From an uncultured Fibrobacter sp. (lineage in GTDB: Bacteria > Fibrobacterota > Fibrobacteria > Fibrobacterales > Fibrobacteraceae), in NCBI RefSeq assembly GCF_947166265.1, contig NZ_CAMVDO010000018.1, positions 1,093 through 65,092 on the forward strand: DNA of 64,000 nucleotides, given 5' to 3'. A program made the translations under genes and the position numbers. This document shows, piece after piece, positions 18,658-27,753 of this stretch; the stretch's first letter is position 1, and every line of letters begins with the position of its first letter. The notes under the pieces were generated by a model. It made no database searches and was not told where the DNA came from. It worked only from the letters and a program-made list of their open reading frames with translations.

Positions 18658-20046
18658 ATGCCGAACGAAAACGAGATTTTGCCGCTACAGTCCGATTTTG
18701 AGCAAATCAAAAGGACCGACGCCGACGGGCGCATTTTCTGGAGCGCGAGGGAACTATCTTCCGCTATGGGCTATAGCACCTACCAGAAATTCTGCCGTAT
18801 TTTGGATAAATCAATGGCGTCGGCACAGGCGAAAGGCCTGAATTTGGCAGACCATTTTAACCGAGTGGTTGAAATGGTCAAGCTCGGATCAGGGGCATTC
18901 CGCGAGGTTGAAAATGTCCATCTTTCACGCGAAGCATGTCTTTTAGTCGCTGAAAATGCCGACCGCAAAAAGCCTCAAGTGCAAATAGCCCTTACATATT
19001 TTTCTCAAGGCGAAAAAGCCCTTCCAACCGTCGCAAGCGCCGATTTTTCAAGCATTCTGCTGTACAAGACGGCCCAAGGGGAATCTCGCATCGAGGTTAT
19101 TTTCAACAGCGACACGTTCTGGATGCCTCAAAAGCGTATGGCGGAATTGTACGGGGTGGAAGTCAACACGATAAACTACCATCTCAAGGAAATTTATGCT
19201 AGCGGAGAGCTCACGGAATCGGCAACTATTCGAAAAATTGGAATAGTTCAAAACGAAGGTGAACGAGAGGTAACCCGCCCGCAAATGCTGTATAATCTCG
19301 ACGCCATTATCGCCGTCGGCTACCGAGTGAACAGTTACCAGGCGACCCAGTTCCGCATCTGGGCGACTACGGTACTGAAAGAAATGATTGTAAAGGGGTT
19401 CGTGCTGGACGACGAGCGCCTCAAGCAGGGGACGCACTTTGGCAAGGACTACTTCGACGACTTGCTAGAACGGATTCGGGAAATCCGCGCGTCAGAACGC
19501 AGGTACTACCAGAAAATCACCGACATCTATGCGGAATGCAGCACCGACTACGACCCCAAAGCCGAAACGACGCAGCAGTTCTTCAAGATTGTCCAAAACA
19601 TGATGCACTGGGCGGTCACGCACCAGACCGCAGCCGAAATCATCTACTCCAGGGCCGATGCAGAAAGTCCGCACATGGGTTTAACTACGTGGAAAAAGGC
19701 GCCCGACGGTCGCGTGCAAAGGTCCGATACGGTTATCGCGAAGAACTATCTTTCCGACAAGGAAGTCTCTGCGCTGAACCGAATTTCGACCGCATTCCTA
19801 GACCTAGCCGAAAGCCAGGCAGAACGCCACATCATCATGAGCATGAACGATTGGCGACAGCAACTTGAGGAATTCCTCGGGCTCTACAAGTACGACATTC
19901 TCCAGAACGCCGGAACCGTATCCGCAGAAGACGCAAAGCAAAAAGCCTTTGCGGAATATGACAAGTTCAAACTTGTTCAGGACCGCGAATTTCTTTCTGA
20001 TTTCGACAAAGTGGTCAAGAAACTTGAAATAGAAAAATCTCGATAA
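18658..20046 (+). CDS. RhuM-family protein with N-terminal DinD/Bro-N-like domain
   Basis: N-terminal FEQIKR..WSARELS..MGYS.YQKF...HFNRVVEMVKLGSGAFRE (DinD-like); C-terminal YNLDAIIAVGYRVNS..ATQFRIWAT..LKE..KGF.LDDERLK (RhuM). Confidence 0.8.
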   Translation: MPNENEILPLQSDFEQIKRTDADGRIFWSARELSSAMGYSTYQKFCRILDKSMASAQAKGLNLADHFNRVVEMVKLGSGAFREVENVHLSREACLLVAENADRKKPQVQIALTYFSQGEKALPTVASADFSSILLYKTAQGESRIEVIFNSDTFWMPQKRMAELYGVEVNTINYHLKEIYASGELTESATIRKIGIVQNEGEREVTRPQMLYNLDAIIAVGYRVNSYQATQFRIWATTVLKEMIVKGFVLDDERLKQGTHFGKDYFDDLLERIREIRASERRYYQKITDIYAECSTDYDPKAETTQQFFKIVQNMMHWAVTHQTAAEIIYSRADAESPHMGLTTWKKAPDGRVQRSDTVIAKNYLSDKEVSALNRISTAFLDLAESQAERHIIMSMNDWRQQLEEFLGLYKYDILQNAGTVSAEDAKQKAFAEYDKFKLVQDREFLSDFDKVVKKLEIEKSR

Positions 20047-20087
20047 CCAATGTTAGGGGGCAGGATTTAGGGGATAGGGGGTAGGGA

Positions 20088-21083
20088 TTACTCAGAGTCC
20101 TTCACACAACGGACGGAGTAGCCCATGTCTTTACTACTGTCATTCAATGTCGCATTATCGTGACGATAGTAGAATAATGACATTTGATATGCCCAGTTAT
20201 CATTTCTGACTGTAGAGCTCCAAAAGTGCGCATACTCGGATTCCTCACCATAATATCCATTATAGAAATAAGTGGAGATATCCCTTTTGCCCGCAGGAAG
20301 CGCTGAAAAAGAATAGGAATCATCCCCATTCCCGTTAAAAGTCCAATCCGTAGTAGACTTGAGCATTCTTCCAGCCTTATTGTCAGAGGTATATTCCGTA
20401 ATGGAGTCATCCACGGCTACAATCAAGTTTTCCCATTCTGACTTGCTGGGTAAATGCCATCCCTTTGGACAGGCTCCACGAACAAAGTCTGCACCAAGAT
20501 CACATTTGTGTCCGTATCCGCATTCTTCCAAGGTCTTTCCGACCGCAGCACTCCACAGGTACAAGCGGCCATATTTATCACAATTTTCGAATTTATCTCT
20601 ATAACAAAAACTGTTCTCTGTCCTATAATTTAAATTCTCCGCCATCCACACTTCCGAATAATTCGTTCCGACAGGGGCAATCGTGGTTGTCTTGTAGTTT
20701 CGACCATCGCGTAGGTCGGTCAATATGTTAGCAGACGCGTCGTAGATACTGCCATCGCTGCTGGAAGATGCTGTTTCGGCCATATCGGAACTTGATGAAG
20801 ATTTTGGCTCCCCACTCGATGAAGAACTTTTTGCACTCTTCGGAGTGACAGAAGAACTTGATTTTTCATTGCCGCTAGATTGAGCATCATTGGATGCCTC
20901 GCGACTGTCGCTGGACCCGTCGGTCACTTCGGCTGGCTCAGTGACCTTGGCACTGCTGCTCAGGGCACTTGTTTCGCCGTCATCACCACCCGCCGATGAA
21001 GAGTCATCGCAAGCGGAAAGGGCGAACCCGAGCACCCCCGCAAGGGCACAGACCGTAAACATTTTCGCGAATGTATTTTTCAT
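20088..21083 (-). CDS. FISUMP lipoprotein
   Basis: MKNTFAK leader, lipobox ALSAC, Ser-rich linker, FISUMP domain ending SVRCVKDSE. Confidence 0.9.
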   Translation of the reverse strand: MKNTFAKMFTVCALAGVLGFALSACDDSSSAGGDDGETSALSSSAKVTEPAEVTDGSSDSREASNDAQSSGNEKSSSSVTPKSAKSSSSSGEPKSSSSSDMAETASSSSDGSIYDASANILTDLRDGRNYKTTTIAPVGTNYSEVWMAENLNYRTENSFCYRDKFENCDKYGRLYLWSAAVGKTLEECGYGHKCDLGADFVRGACPKGWHLPSKSEWENLIVAVDDSITEYTSDNKAGRMLKSTTDWTFNGNGDDSYSFSALPAGKRDISTYFYNGYYGEESEYAHFWSSTVRNDNWAYQMSLFYYRHDNATLNDSSKDMGYSVRCVKDSE

Positions 21084-21101
21084 AGCAAAACCTTTTGGAA
21101 T

Positions 21102-22271
21102 TTATTCAGAATCCTTGACGCAACGGACGGAGTACCCTTCTCTCTTGTTGTTCGCTCCGTAGCCCACGCCGAGGCCTTCGAGAGCCCAGTTGACGCCTTG
21201 GCACATCGCTTCGCCGCTACCGAAATTAGTGGCCGTCCACAAAGAGGCGTTGAAGCCCTCATCGTAGAAATAGCCATTGTGGTATCTGAAACCGGCGGAG
21301 AGCTCAGAGAACCCGTACTTGTCGGTTCCGTTGCCACCACTGTACCATCCGCTGGTGGATTTCAACAACAGGCCGCCAGTGTTGGAACCACCGATGTAGG
21401 TGTGCAGGGTGCTGAACTCCTGTTCCGTCGGTACATGCCAGCCCTCTGGGCAAATGCCACGGTGTGGACTGTTTGGGTTACATCTCGAACCAAGGGAGCC
21501 TTCCGTGAGATTGGAATAGCCGCACGTGGTTCTTGCATTTTCGATGAACTGGGCTGCACTATCCATCACGGCACTCCAAGTGTAAAGTCGACCGTACTTG
21601 TCGCAGTTGGAAACCTTGTTCTCGTAGCACCAGCTGGTGGAATCAGAGGTATTTTCTTTTGATCTGAACTTCACACCAGTGTAAGCATAATTCAAGTTCT
21701 GGGCCATCCATATCTGATCTCCGATTTTAACCGTCTTATAGACTTGTCCATCGCGTTCATCGGTAAACTCGCCATAATTAATGTCCGGATTCAAGTAATC
21801 CCAGGCGGTTTTGCTAGACCCCTCGACATCGCTCGGGGTGACACTCGAAGAACTAGAGTTGCTGGACTTGGTCGATGTTCCTGCCGAAGAAGGATTGCCC
21901 TTGCTGTCGCTGGAGTCGTCGGTCACTTCGGCGGGATCGTTGGACTTGCTATCGCTCGACTTGTCACTCGATGAAGAGAAATCGCAGTCCATCTTCTCAA
22001 TGAGAGTCCCGATGACCCAGCCATTGTTACCATCGCACACAGCCATGTCATGGTATTCCGTCAGGTAGGTGGCGACACACTTCTGACTCTTGCCGCAGTC
22101 GTAGTCCGACAGTTCCATGAAAGTCTCGATGGTGTCAGGAATTCCACCACGAGTGCTGCCGCTACCGCCCTCACCACCCGCCGACGACGACAAATCGTCA
22201 CAAGCGGAAAGGGCGAAGAATGCCGCGAGCACCGCCACCCACAAGAAACCAAGACCCTTGACACACTTCAT
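21102..22271 (-). CDS. FISUMP lipoprotein
   Basis: Start moved to MKCVKG; lipobox ALSAC; GGIPDT..DCGKSQKC module; FISUMP domain. Confidence 0.9.
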   Translation of the reverse strand: MKCVKGLGFLWVAVLAAFFALSACDDLSSSAGGEGGSGSTRGGIPDTIETFMELSDYDCGKSQKCVATYLTEYHDMAVCDGNNGWVIGTLIEKMDCDFSSSSDKSSDSKSNDPAEVTDDSSDSKGNPSSAGTSTKSSNSSSSSVTPSDVEGSSKTAWDYLNPDINYGEFTDERDGQVYKTVKIGDQIWMAQNLNYAYTGVKFRSKENTSDSTSWCYENKVSNCDKYGRLYTWSAVMDSAAQFIENARTTCGYSNLTEGSLGSRCNPNSPHRGICPEGWHVPTEQEFSTLHTYIGGSNTGGLLLKSTSGWYSGGNGTDKYGFSELSAGFRYHNGYFYDEGFNASLWTATNFGSGEAMCQGVNWALEGLGVGYGANNKREGYSVRCVKDSE

Positions 22272-22355
22272 ACCATTATCTCCTGTAAAAATTTTCACCA
22301 CCCACAAACCAAGCAATGTGAAATATGGAATGTGGAATGATTGTTTATCGGCGGG

Positions 22356-23483
22356 TTAGTCAGAGTCCTTAACGCAACGGACAGAAAAGCCCATGTACAT
22401 GTAATTGCCTGCTTCGTCCCAGCCCACAACGTTATTGGGGTACAAGCGCACGCCATACACAGTATCATCGAACATGACAGAACTCCAGAAGCACGCCGTC
22501 TTGCCAACACTCACGAAGGAGCCTCTGCCATAAAGACCTGCCGGCAACGCGGAAAAACCGAAGTCATCATCACCGTTACCGTCGCTAAGCCACCCGCTCC
22601 GGGACTTAAACTTATTCCCTACCGCCGTGGAACCATCGCTCACCGCCGTGAACAGAGTATCCCATTCGCTTTTTTGCGGCAAGTGCCAGCCGCTAGGACA
22701 AATTCCTTTGACAATACCATTCAGGGCAGAACACATACTGCCATAACCACAATCTTGCGGATTGACCGCATCGGTCGCGAGTTTCACCGAGTCGATGGCC
22801 GCCGCCCAAGTATATAGACGGCCGTACTTGGCACAGTTGGCAGGGTCGTTGTCGTAGCACCAGCTAGTAGAATCGGAGATGTAAACATTATTGTAATAGG
22901 AAAAGTTATAGGGAACATCGATGTAGGCATAATTCAGGTTCTGTGCCATCCAAACCTGATCTCCGATTTTAACCGTCTTATAGACTTGTCCATCACGTTC
23001 ATCGGTAAACTCTCCATAATCGATGTCCGGATTCAAGTAATCCCAGGCGGTTTTCATTTCTTCGCTAGACGAAGACACCTCCTTGCCCGCAGAGCTGCTT
23101 GACTTTACGTCATTTCCAGATGTATTCGAATTGCTGGACTTGGTCGATGTTCCTGCCGAAGAAGGATTGCCCTTGCTGTCGCTGGAGTCGTCGGTCACTT
23201 CGGCGGGATCGTTGGACTTGCTATCGCTGGACTTGGCGTCGCTATCCTTATCAGTGACCTTGCCGCTGCTGGAGATTGCTTCGTCCTTATCGTTGGAACG
23301 AGAATCACTGGATTCTTCGCGGCTATCGCCGCTCAGAATGACGTTATTGTCATCGTCACCCGCCGACGAAGAATCGTCACAGGCGGAAAGGGCAAAGATT
23401 GCCGCCAACAAGAAGATGATTAGAGATTGCTTCCCCTGAAACAAGTTCAGGGTCGCAATGACACGCTGGAAAGACTTCTTCAT
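22356..23483 (-). CDS. FISUMP lipoprotein
   Basis: Lipobox ALSAC; Ser/Asp-rich linker; FISUMP domain ending SVRCVKDSD. Confidence 0.9.
   Translation of the reverse strand: MKKSFQRVIATLNLFQGKQSLIIFLLAAIFALSACDDSSSAGDDDNNVILSGDSREESSDSRSNDKDEAISSSGKVTDKDSDAKSSDSKSNDPAEVTDDSSDSKGNPSSAGTSTKSSNSNTSGNDVKSSSSAGKEVSSSSEEMKTAWDYLNPDIDYGEFTDERDGQVYKTVKIGDQVWMAQNLNYAYIDVPYNFSYYNNVYISDSTSWCYDNDPANCAKYGRLYTWAAAIDSVKLATDAVNPQDCGYGSMCSALNGIVKGICPSGWHLPQKSEWDTLFTAVSDGSTAVGNKFKSRSGWLSDGNGDDDFGFSALPAGLYGRGSFVSVGKTACFWSSVMFDDTVYGVRLYPNNVVGWDEAGNYMYMGFSVRCVKDSD
23424..23462. repeat. REP-like element inside signal-peptide coding sequence
   Basis: AGATTGCTTC-CCCTGAAACAAGTTCAGGG-TCGCAATGAC; both 10-bp ends are identical to those of the intergenic element at 60497-60532. 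Confidence 0.75.
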
Positions 23484-23637
23484 AAGAACATCCCCGTCTA
23501 TAGTTTATCTTGTTAAATATAGGTAATGCCCCTGCCAAAGTCCATACCCCCCCCATTGTAAATTTTAAGAAACAAGATAAAGGTTCAGAATAACGCAGAA
23601 AAACAACTTTTTCAAGGTTTTCTATCAGAAATTTTCT

Positions 23638-23660
23638 ATATGACTCAAGTTGAGACATAT
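23638..23660. promoter_or_regulatory. 23-bp palindrome, copy 4 (ATATGACTCA-AGT-TGAGACATAT)
   Basis: Symmetry extends to TCT/AGA on the flanks; between the ATPase stop and the FISUMP start. Confidence 0.75.
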
Positions 23661-23665
23661 AGAGT

Positions 23666-23680
23666 TATAACTTGCCAAAT
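23666..23680. repeat. 15-bp inverted repeat, left arm (TATAACTTGCCAAAT)
   Basis: Exact reverse complement at 25164-25178; the pair encloses the ATPase gene. Confidence 0.75.
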
Positions 23681-23689
23681 GTAGGCATT

Positions 23690-25120
23690 TTATGGTAGAT
23701 TTGGCGAATTATACAAGACGTCCAAAGTAATTGATTTTGGAATCTGCCTGGCGCAGGAATTGGGTTTTAGACCGAGCGATGTCACGAAGGTAAGCATCGG
23801 TGACTTGCGGGTCTTAGAGGATTCCTTGAACAGCTTGACTTTTTCAAGGAGTTCCGTCAAGTAATGCTGCGTGACTTCGTAGGGGCTGGTCGAAAACTTC
23901 ATTTCACAGATGTTGATGACGTTGTCGATGCGGTCGATCAGAAGGTCGAATTGTGCGCCGTCTTTCCCCGTATATATCCAGCTACAAGGGGCACTTTCTA
24001 TTCCAGAGATTCCGAGTGCGTTCAGGATTTGCGGATAATGCTGAAGGCACAGCATTTCGAATGCGTAGCCGCACCAACTGTTGTATTCAGGCTTACCCTG
24101 GATTTGCAGCCATTGGTTGCGGCGACCCTTCGCCCGTTTCGCGAGGAACTTGAAATAGAAAAGCGTGTAGAAATCGACGAGTTGAATCAGTTCGTCTTTG
24201 GTCTTCTTGCCAAAGGGACTATAACGCCTAATGAATCCGCAATTTTCAAGATCGTCCAAGGCCTTGGACACGCCCCCGCTACTTTCGACTGAAAGTTCCT
24301 TGATTAACGTGTTCCTGGTTATCCCCTTTTTCTTTTGAGCAAGAACTTCTACGATGGCAATGTATTTTTCGGAATTGCGGAACAACGCGTGATACAAGTT
24401 GTGAAATTCGTTGCGGAGTTCGCCATCTTCGCCGAACAAAAGTCTGTCCACATTCTGTGCAAGGCTTTCGCCTTTGTCCAGGAGTTTCAAGTAATACGGA
24501 ATCCCCCCAAAAACCATGTAGAACTGTGCGATTTCAAAACGGTCCATGGTGAAATTTTTTGCCTTCAAAAATTCTTCGCATTCGCCAAGGGTGAACGGAG
24601 AAAGTTTTATCTGGTGCGTTACGCGGTTATGCAGACCACCCTTGTTGTTGATGAGCTTGTTCATCATCCACGACGTGGCAGAACCACAGACAATCAACTT
24701 TATGGTCGGGTCATCGGAGGCCCACGAATTCCAGAAATGTTCCAGGGCGCTTACAAAGTCAGACCGTGCGGTATCAAACCACGGCAATTCATCGATGAAA
24801 ATGATTTTCTTGGTTTTATGCAATTTCGATAGTTCGTCGCGCAAGAGATTGAACGCGTCAAACCAATTTTTGACGGTTGCCTTCTTTGAAAAATATTGCG
24901 AAAAGGCATCCGTAAAATTCTGCAATTGCTTTTTGAGATCGGAATTGGCCAACCCCGTCATGTAAAAAGAAAAGTTTTTTTGGAAAAGGCTCTTCACGAG
25001 ATAAGTCTTGCCGACTCGCCTACGACCATAGACAGCGACAAATTCAGCTTCGTCACTATCGATGAACCTGTTCAACAGGGATATTTCGCGTTTTCTGCCA
25101 ACAATCAGTTTTTCGGACAT
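23690..25120 (-). CDS. AAA/P-loop ATPase with wHTH and C-terminal PD-(D/E)xK-like domain, paralog of 12293-13717
   Basis: IVGRKRE, YGRRRVGKT, IFIDELPW, AQFDLLIDR...ICEMKF. Confidence 0.85.
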   Translation of the reverse strand: MSEKLIVGRKREISLLNRFIDSDEAEFVAVYGRRRVGKTYLVKSLFQKNFSFYMTGLANSDLKKQLQNFTDAFSQYFSKKATVKNWFDAFNLLRDELSKLHKTKKIIFIDELPWFDTARSDFVSALEHFWNSWASDDPTIKLIVCGSATSWMMNKLINNKGGLHNRVTHQIKLSPFTLGECEEFLKAKNFTMDRFEIAQFYMVFGGIPYYLKLLDKGESLAQNVDRLLFGEDGELRNEFHNLYHALFRNSEKYIAIVEVLAQKKKGITRNTLIKELSVESSGGVSKALDDLENCGFIRRYSPFGKKTKDELIQLVDFYTLFYFKFLAKRAKGRRNQWLQIQGKPEYNSWCGYAFEMLCLQHYPQILNALGISGIESAPCSWIYTGKDGAQFDLLIDRIDNVINICEMKFSTSPYEVTQHYLTELLEKVKLFKESSKTRKSPMLTFVTSLGLKPNSCARQIPKSITLDVLYNSPNLP

Positions 25121-25163
25121 AGGACCTCCCTATACTTTACCAAATATATATAAAAACACATGG

Positions 25164-25178
25164 ATTTGGCAAGTTATA
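25164..25178. repeat. 15-bp inverted repeat, right arm (ATTTGGCAAGTTATA), overlapping a TTGCCA -35-like hexamer
   Basis: Reverse complement of 23666-23680; partial repeat at 25216-25228. Confidence 0.7.
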
Positions 25179-25279
25179 CGGCATAATTCACCAAAAGTAT
25201 CTTTTTTATGATAGATTTGGCAAGATAACGCAGTTTTTAAGGCAGTATTGCCATTCGGATTTGATAATCCGTCGGCGGG

Positions 25280-26542
25280 TTAGTCTGAGTCCTTGACGCA
25301 ACGGACGGAGAAGCCGTTTTTCTTCCACTCGCCCCACAAAAGGGCGGAATCGTCGTCGTGTTGCAATCTCAAACAGTAGGATTTGTCGCTACCGTACACA
25401 CTAGAAGACCAGAAGAACGTACCAACGCCCTTTGACCTAAAAAATTCTCCGATGTACATAAAGCCTGCAGGGAGGGCTGAGAAACCAGAGGCATTCGTTC
25501 CCGACGTAGAAGTCGAATATTCCTTCCACCCGTCCGCAGTCTTCAACTCTACACTAGCACCAAGGTAACTCCAGTAAGTAGTTAGGTCTTCAACGCCGCT
25601 CGCTATTGGTTCTACCAGTTTCTTCCACTCTTCCTTTGTAGGCAAATGCCAGCCTTTGGGACAAACGCCCTGCGTACCTTCGTTGCCAATGTCGCAATTG
25701 TAGTGATAGCCACAATTGACCTTATTCATTGCAACTTCCCAGGTGTACAGGCGACCGTACCTGGAGCAGTTCGCAGCAAACTCTTCTTCCGTCAAAATTC
25801 TTTTACTGATTTCATCAAGGGCACCGTCACCATAGCAGCCGCTCCATGCATACCTACCCAAGCTGGACACATCGCCCGGATCGTAATTCAAGTTCTGGGC
25901 CATCCATATCTGATCTCCGATTTTAACCGTCTTATAGACTTGTCCATCGCGTTCATCGGTAAACTCGCCATAATTAATGTCCGGATTCAAGTAATCCCAG
26001 GCGGTTTTCATTTCTTCGCTAGACGAAGACACCTCCTTGCCCGCAGAGCTGCTTGACTTTACGTCATTTCCAGATGTATTCGAATTGCTGGACTTGGTCG
26101 ATGTTCCTGCCGAAGAAGGATTGTCCTTGCTGTCGCTGGAGTCGTCGGTCACTTCGGCGGGATCGTTGGACTTGCTGTCGCTGGACTTGTCGGTCACTTC
26201 GGCGGGATCGTTGGACTTGCTATCGCTGGACTTGGCACTCGATGAAGAGAAATCGCAGTCCATCTTCTCGATGAGAGTCCCGATGACCCAGCCGTTGTTA
26301 CCATCACACACAGCCATGTCATGGTATTCCGTCAGATAGGTGGCAACGCACTTCTGACTCTTGCCGCAGTCGTAATCCGACAGTTCCATGAATGTCTCGA
26401 CGGTGTCGGGAATTCCACCACGGTTCCCGCCACTACCATTATCACCCCCCGCTGACGAAGAATCGTCGCAGGCGGAAAGGGCGAAACCGAGCACCCCCGC
26501 AAGGGCGCAGACCGTAAACTTTTTCGCGAATGTGTTTTTCAT
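25280..26542 (-). CDS. FISUMP lipoprotein
   Basis: MKNTFAK leader, GGIPDT module, 15-aa internal duplication, FISUMP domain. Confidence 0.9.
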   Translation of the reverse strand: MKNTFAKKFTVCALAGVLGFALSACDDSSSAGGDNGSGGNRGGIPDTVETFMELSDYDCGKSQKCVATYLTEYHDMAVCDGNNGWVIGTLIEKMDCDFSSSSAKSSDSKSNDPAEVTDKSSDSKSNDPAEVTDDSSDSKDNPSSAGTSTKSSNSNTSGNDVKSSSSAGKEVSSSSEEMKTAWDYLNPDINYGEFTDERDGQVYKTVKIGDQIWMAQNLNYDPGDVSSLGRYAWSGCYGDGALDEISKRILTEEEFAANCSRYGRLYTWEVAMNKVNCGYHYNCDIGNEGTQGVCPKGWHLPTKEEWKKLVEPIASGVEDLTTYWSYLGASVELKTADGWKEYSTSTSGTNASGFSALPAGFMYIGEFFRSKGVGTFFWSSSVYGSDKSYCLRLQHDDDSALLWGEWKKNGFSVRCVKDSD

Positions 26543-26560
26543 GGGGAAACCTTTTGAGAT

Positions 26561-27721
26561 TTAGTCAGAATCCTTGAGACAACGGACGCTCACTGCAATG
26601 ACCTTACTGCGATTAACCATGAGTGCACTCGGACGTCCATAATACATATCCACGCCATATACATAATAGCCATCAATTTCGGAAGAACTCCAAAAGTCTG
26701 TATAATCGCCAGCATTGACAAAACCATCGGTTGGTCTCGAGCCCACAGGCAACGCCGCAAAACCGTATGCGTCCGTACCGTTACGATTATTAGTCCATCC
26801 CGTCTGAGATTTGAGAGCCTTACCCGCATCATCTGTTTCGCCAACTTCATCAATCAAAACATTCCATTCGGTTGTATCAGGCAGATGCCACCCCATCGGA
26901 CATAAGCCCTGAACTTTTGAAGGTAGAGAGCAGGTCTTTTTTCTGCCACAGTCCACTCCATTGCCGCTGTCGTAAAGTGCGATTGAGTCAATCGCCGCGG
27001 CCCAGGTGTAAAGCCGACCGCCATACGCACATTTTTCTTCATTGTATTCATAGCACCAATTACGTTCCAACAAACTAGGCGTTTTAATACTGTCGGCATA
27101 GTTCAAATTCTGTGCCATCCATATCTGCTCGCCAATCTGAGCAGTCTTATAAACCTGACCATCGCGTTCATCGAGAATTTCGCCATACTTACCCGTTTCA
27201 AGGAATTCCTGGTTCAGGTATTCTGTCGTAACACACTTATACTTCGTGCAATCGTATGTTCCAGACGGCATGACCTTTGCTTCGGCGTAACTTTTCGGAA
27301 CCTCGCCTTTACTAAACGAAGACTCGACCTTGCTCGCAGAACTGTTGCTTGACTTTGTGCCATTTCCAGACGAATTGGAGTTGCTTGACTTGGTCGATGT
27401 TCCTGCCGAAGAAGGGCTATCCTTGCTGTCGCTGGAGTTGACACTCGATGAAGAGAAGTCGCAGTCCATCTTCTCGATGAGAGTCCCGATGACCCAGCCG
27501 TTGTTACCATCGCACACAGCCATGTCATGGTATTCCGTCAGGTAGGTGGCAACGCACTTCTGACTCTTGCCGCAGTCATAGTCCGACAGTTCCATGAATG
27601 TCTCGACGGTGTCAGGAATTCCACCACGGTTTCCGCCACTACCATTATCACCACTTGCCGACGACGAGTCATCACAGGCGGAAAGGACGAAGAATGCCAA
27701 CAGTAAAATAAATTTTTTCAT
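26561..27721 (-). CDS. FISUMP lipoprotein
   Basis: Start MKKFI (or MGVF at 27733); lipobox VLSAC; GGIPDT module; YDCTKYKCVTTE module; FISUMP domain. Confidence 0.9.
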   Translation of the reverse strand: MKKFILLLAFFVLSACDDSSSASGDNGSGGNRGGIPDTVETFMELSDYDCGKSQKCVATYLTEYHDMAVCDGNNGWVIGTLIEKMDCDFSSSSVNSSDSKDSPSSAGTSTKSSNSNSSGNGTKSSNSSASKVESSFSKGEVPKSYAEAKVMPSGTYDCTKYKCVTTEYLNQEFLETGKYGEILDERDGQVYKTAQIGEQIWMAQNLNYADSIKTPSLLERNWCYEYNEEKCAYGGRLYTWAAAIDSIALYDSGNGVDCGRKKTCSLPSKVQGLCPMGWHLPDTTEWNVLIDEVGETDDAGKALKSQTGWTNNRNGTDAYGFAALPVGSRPTDGFVNAGDYTDFWSSSEIDGYYVYGVDMYYGRPSALMVNRSKVIAVSVRCLKDSD

Positions 27722-27753
27722 AAAAACACCCATTACAAAATTTTACCCCTTAG

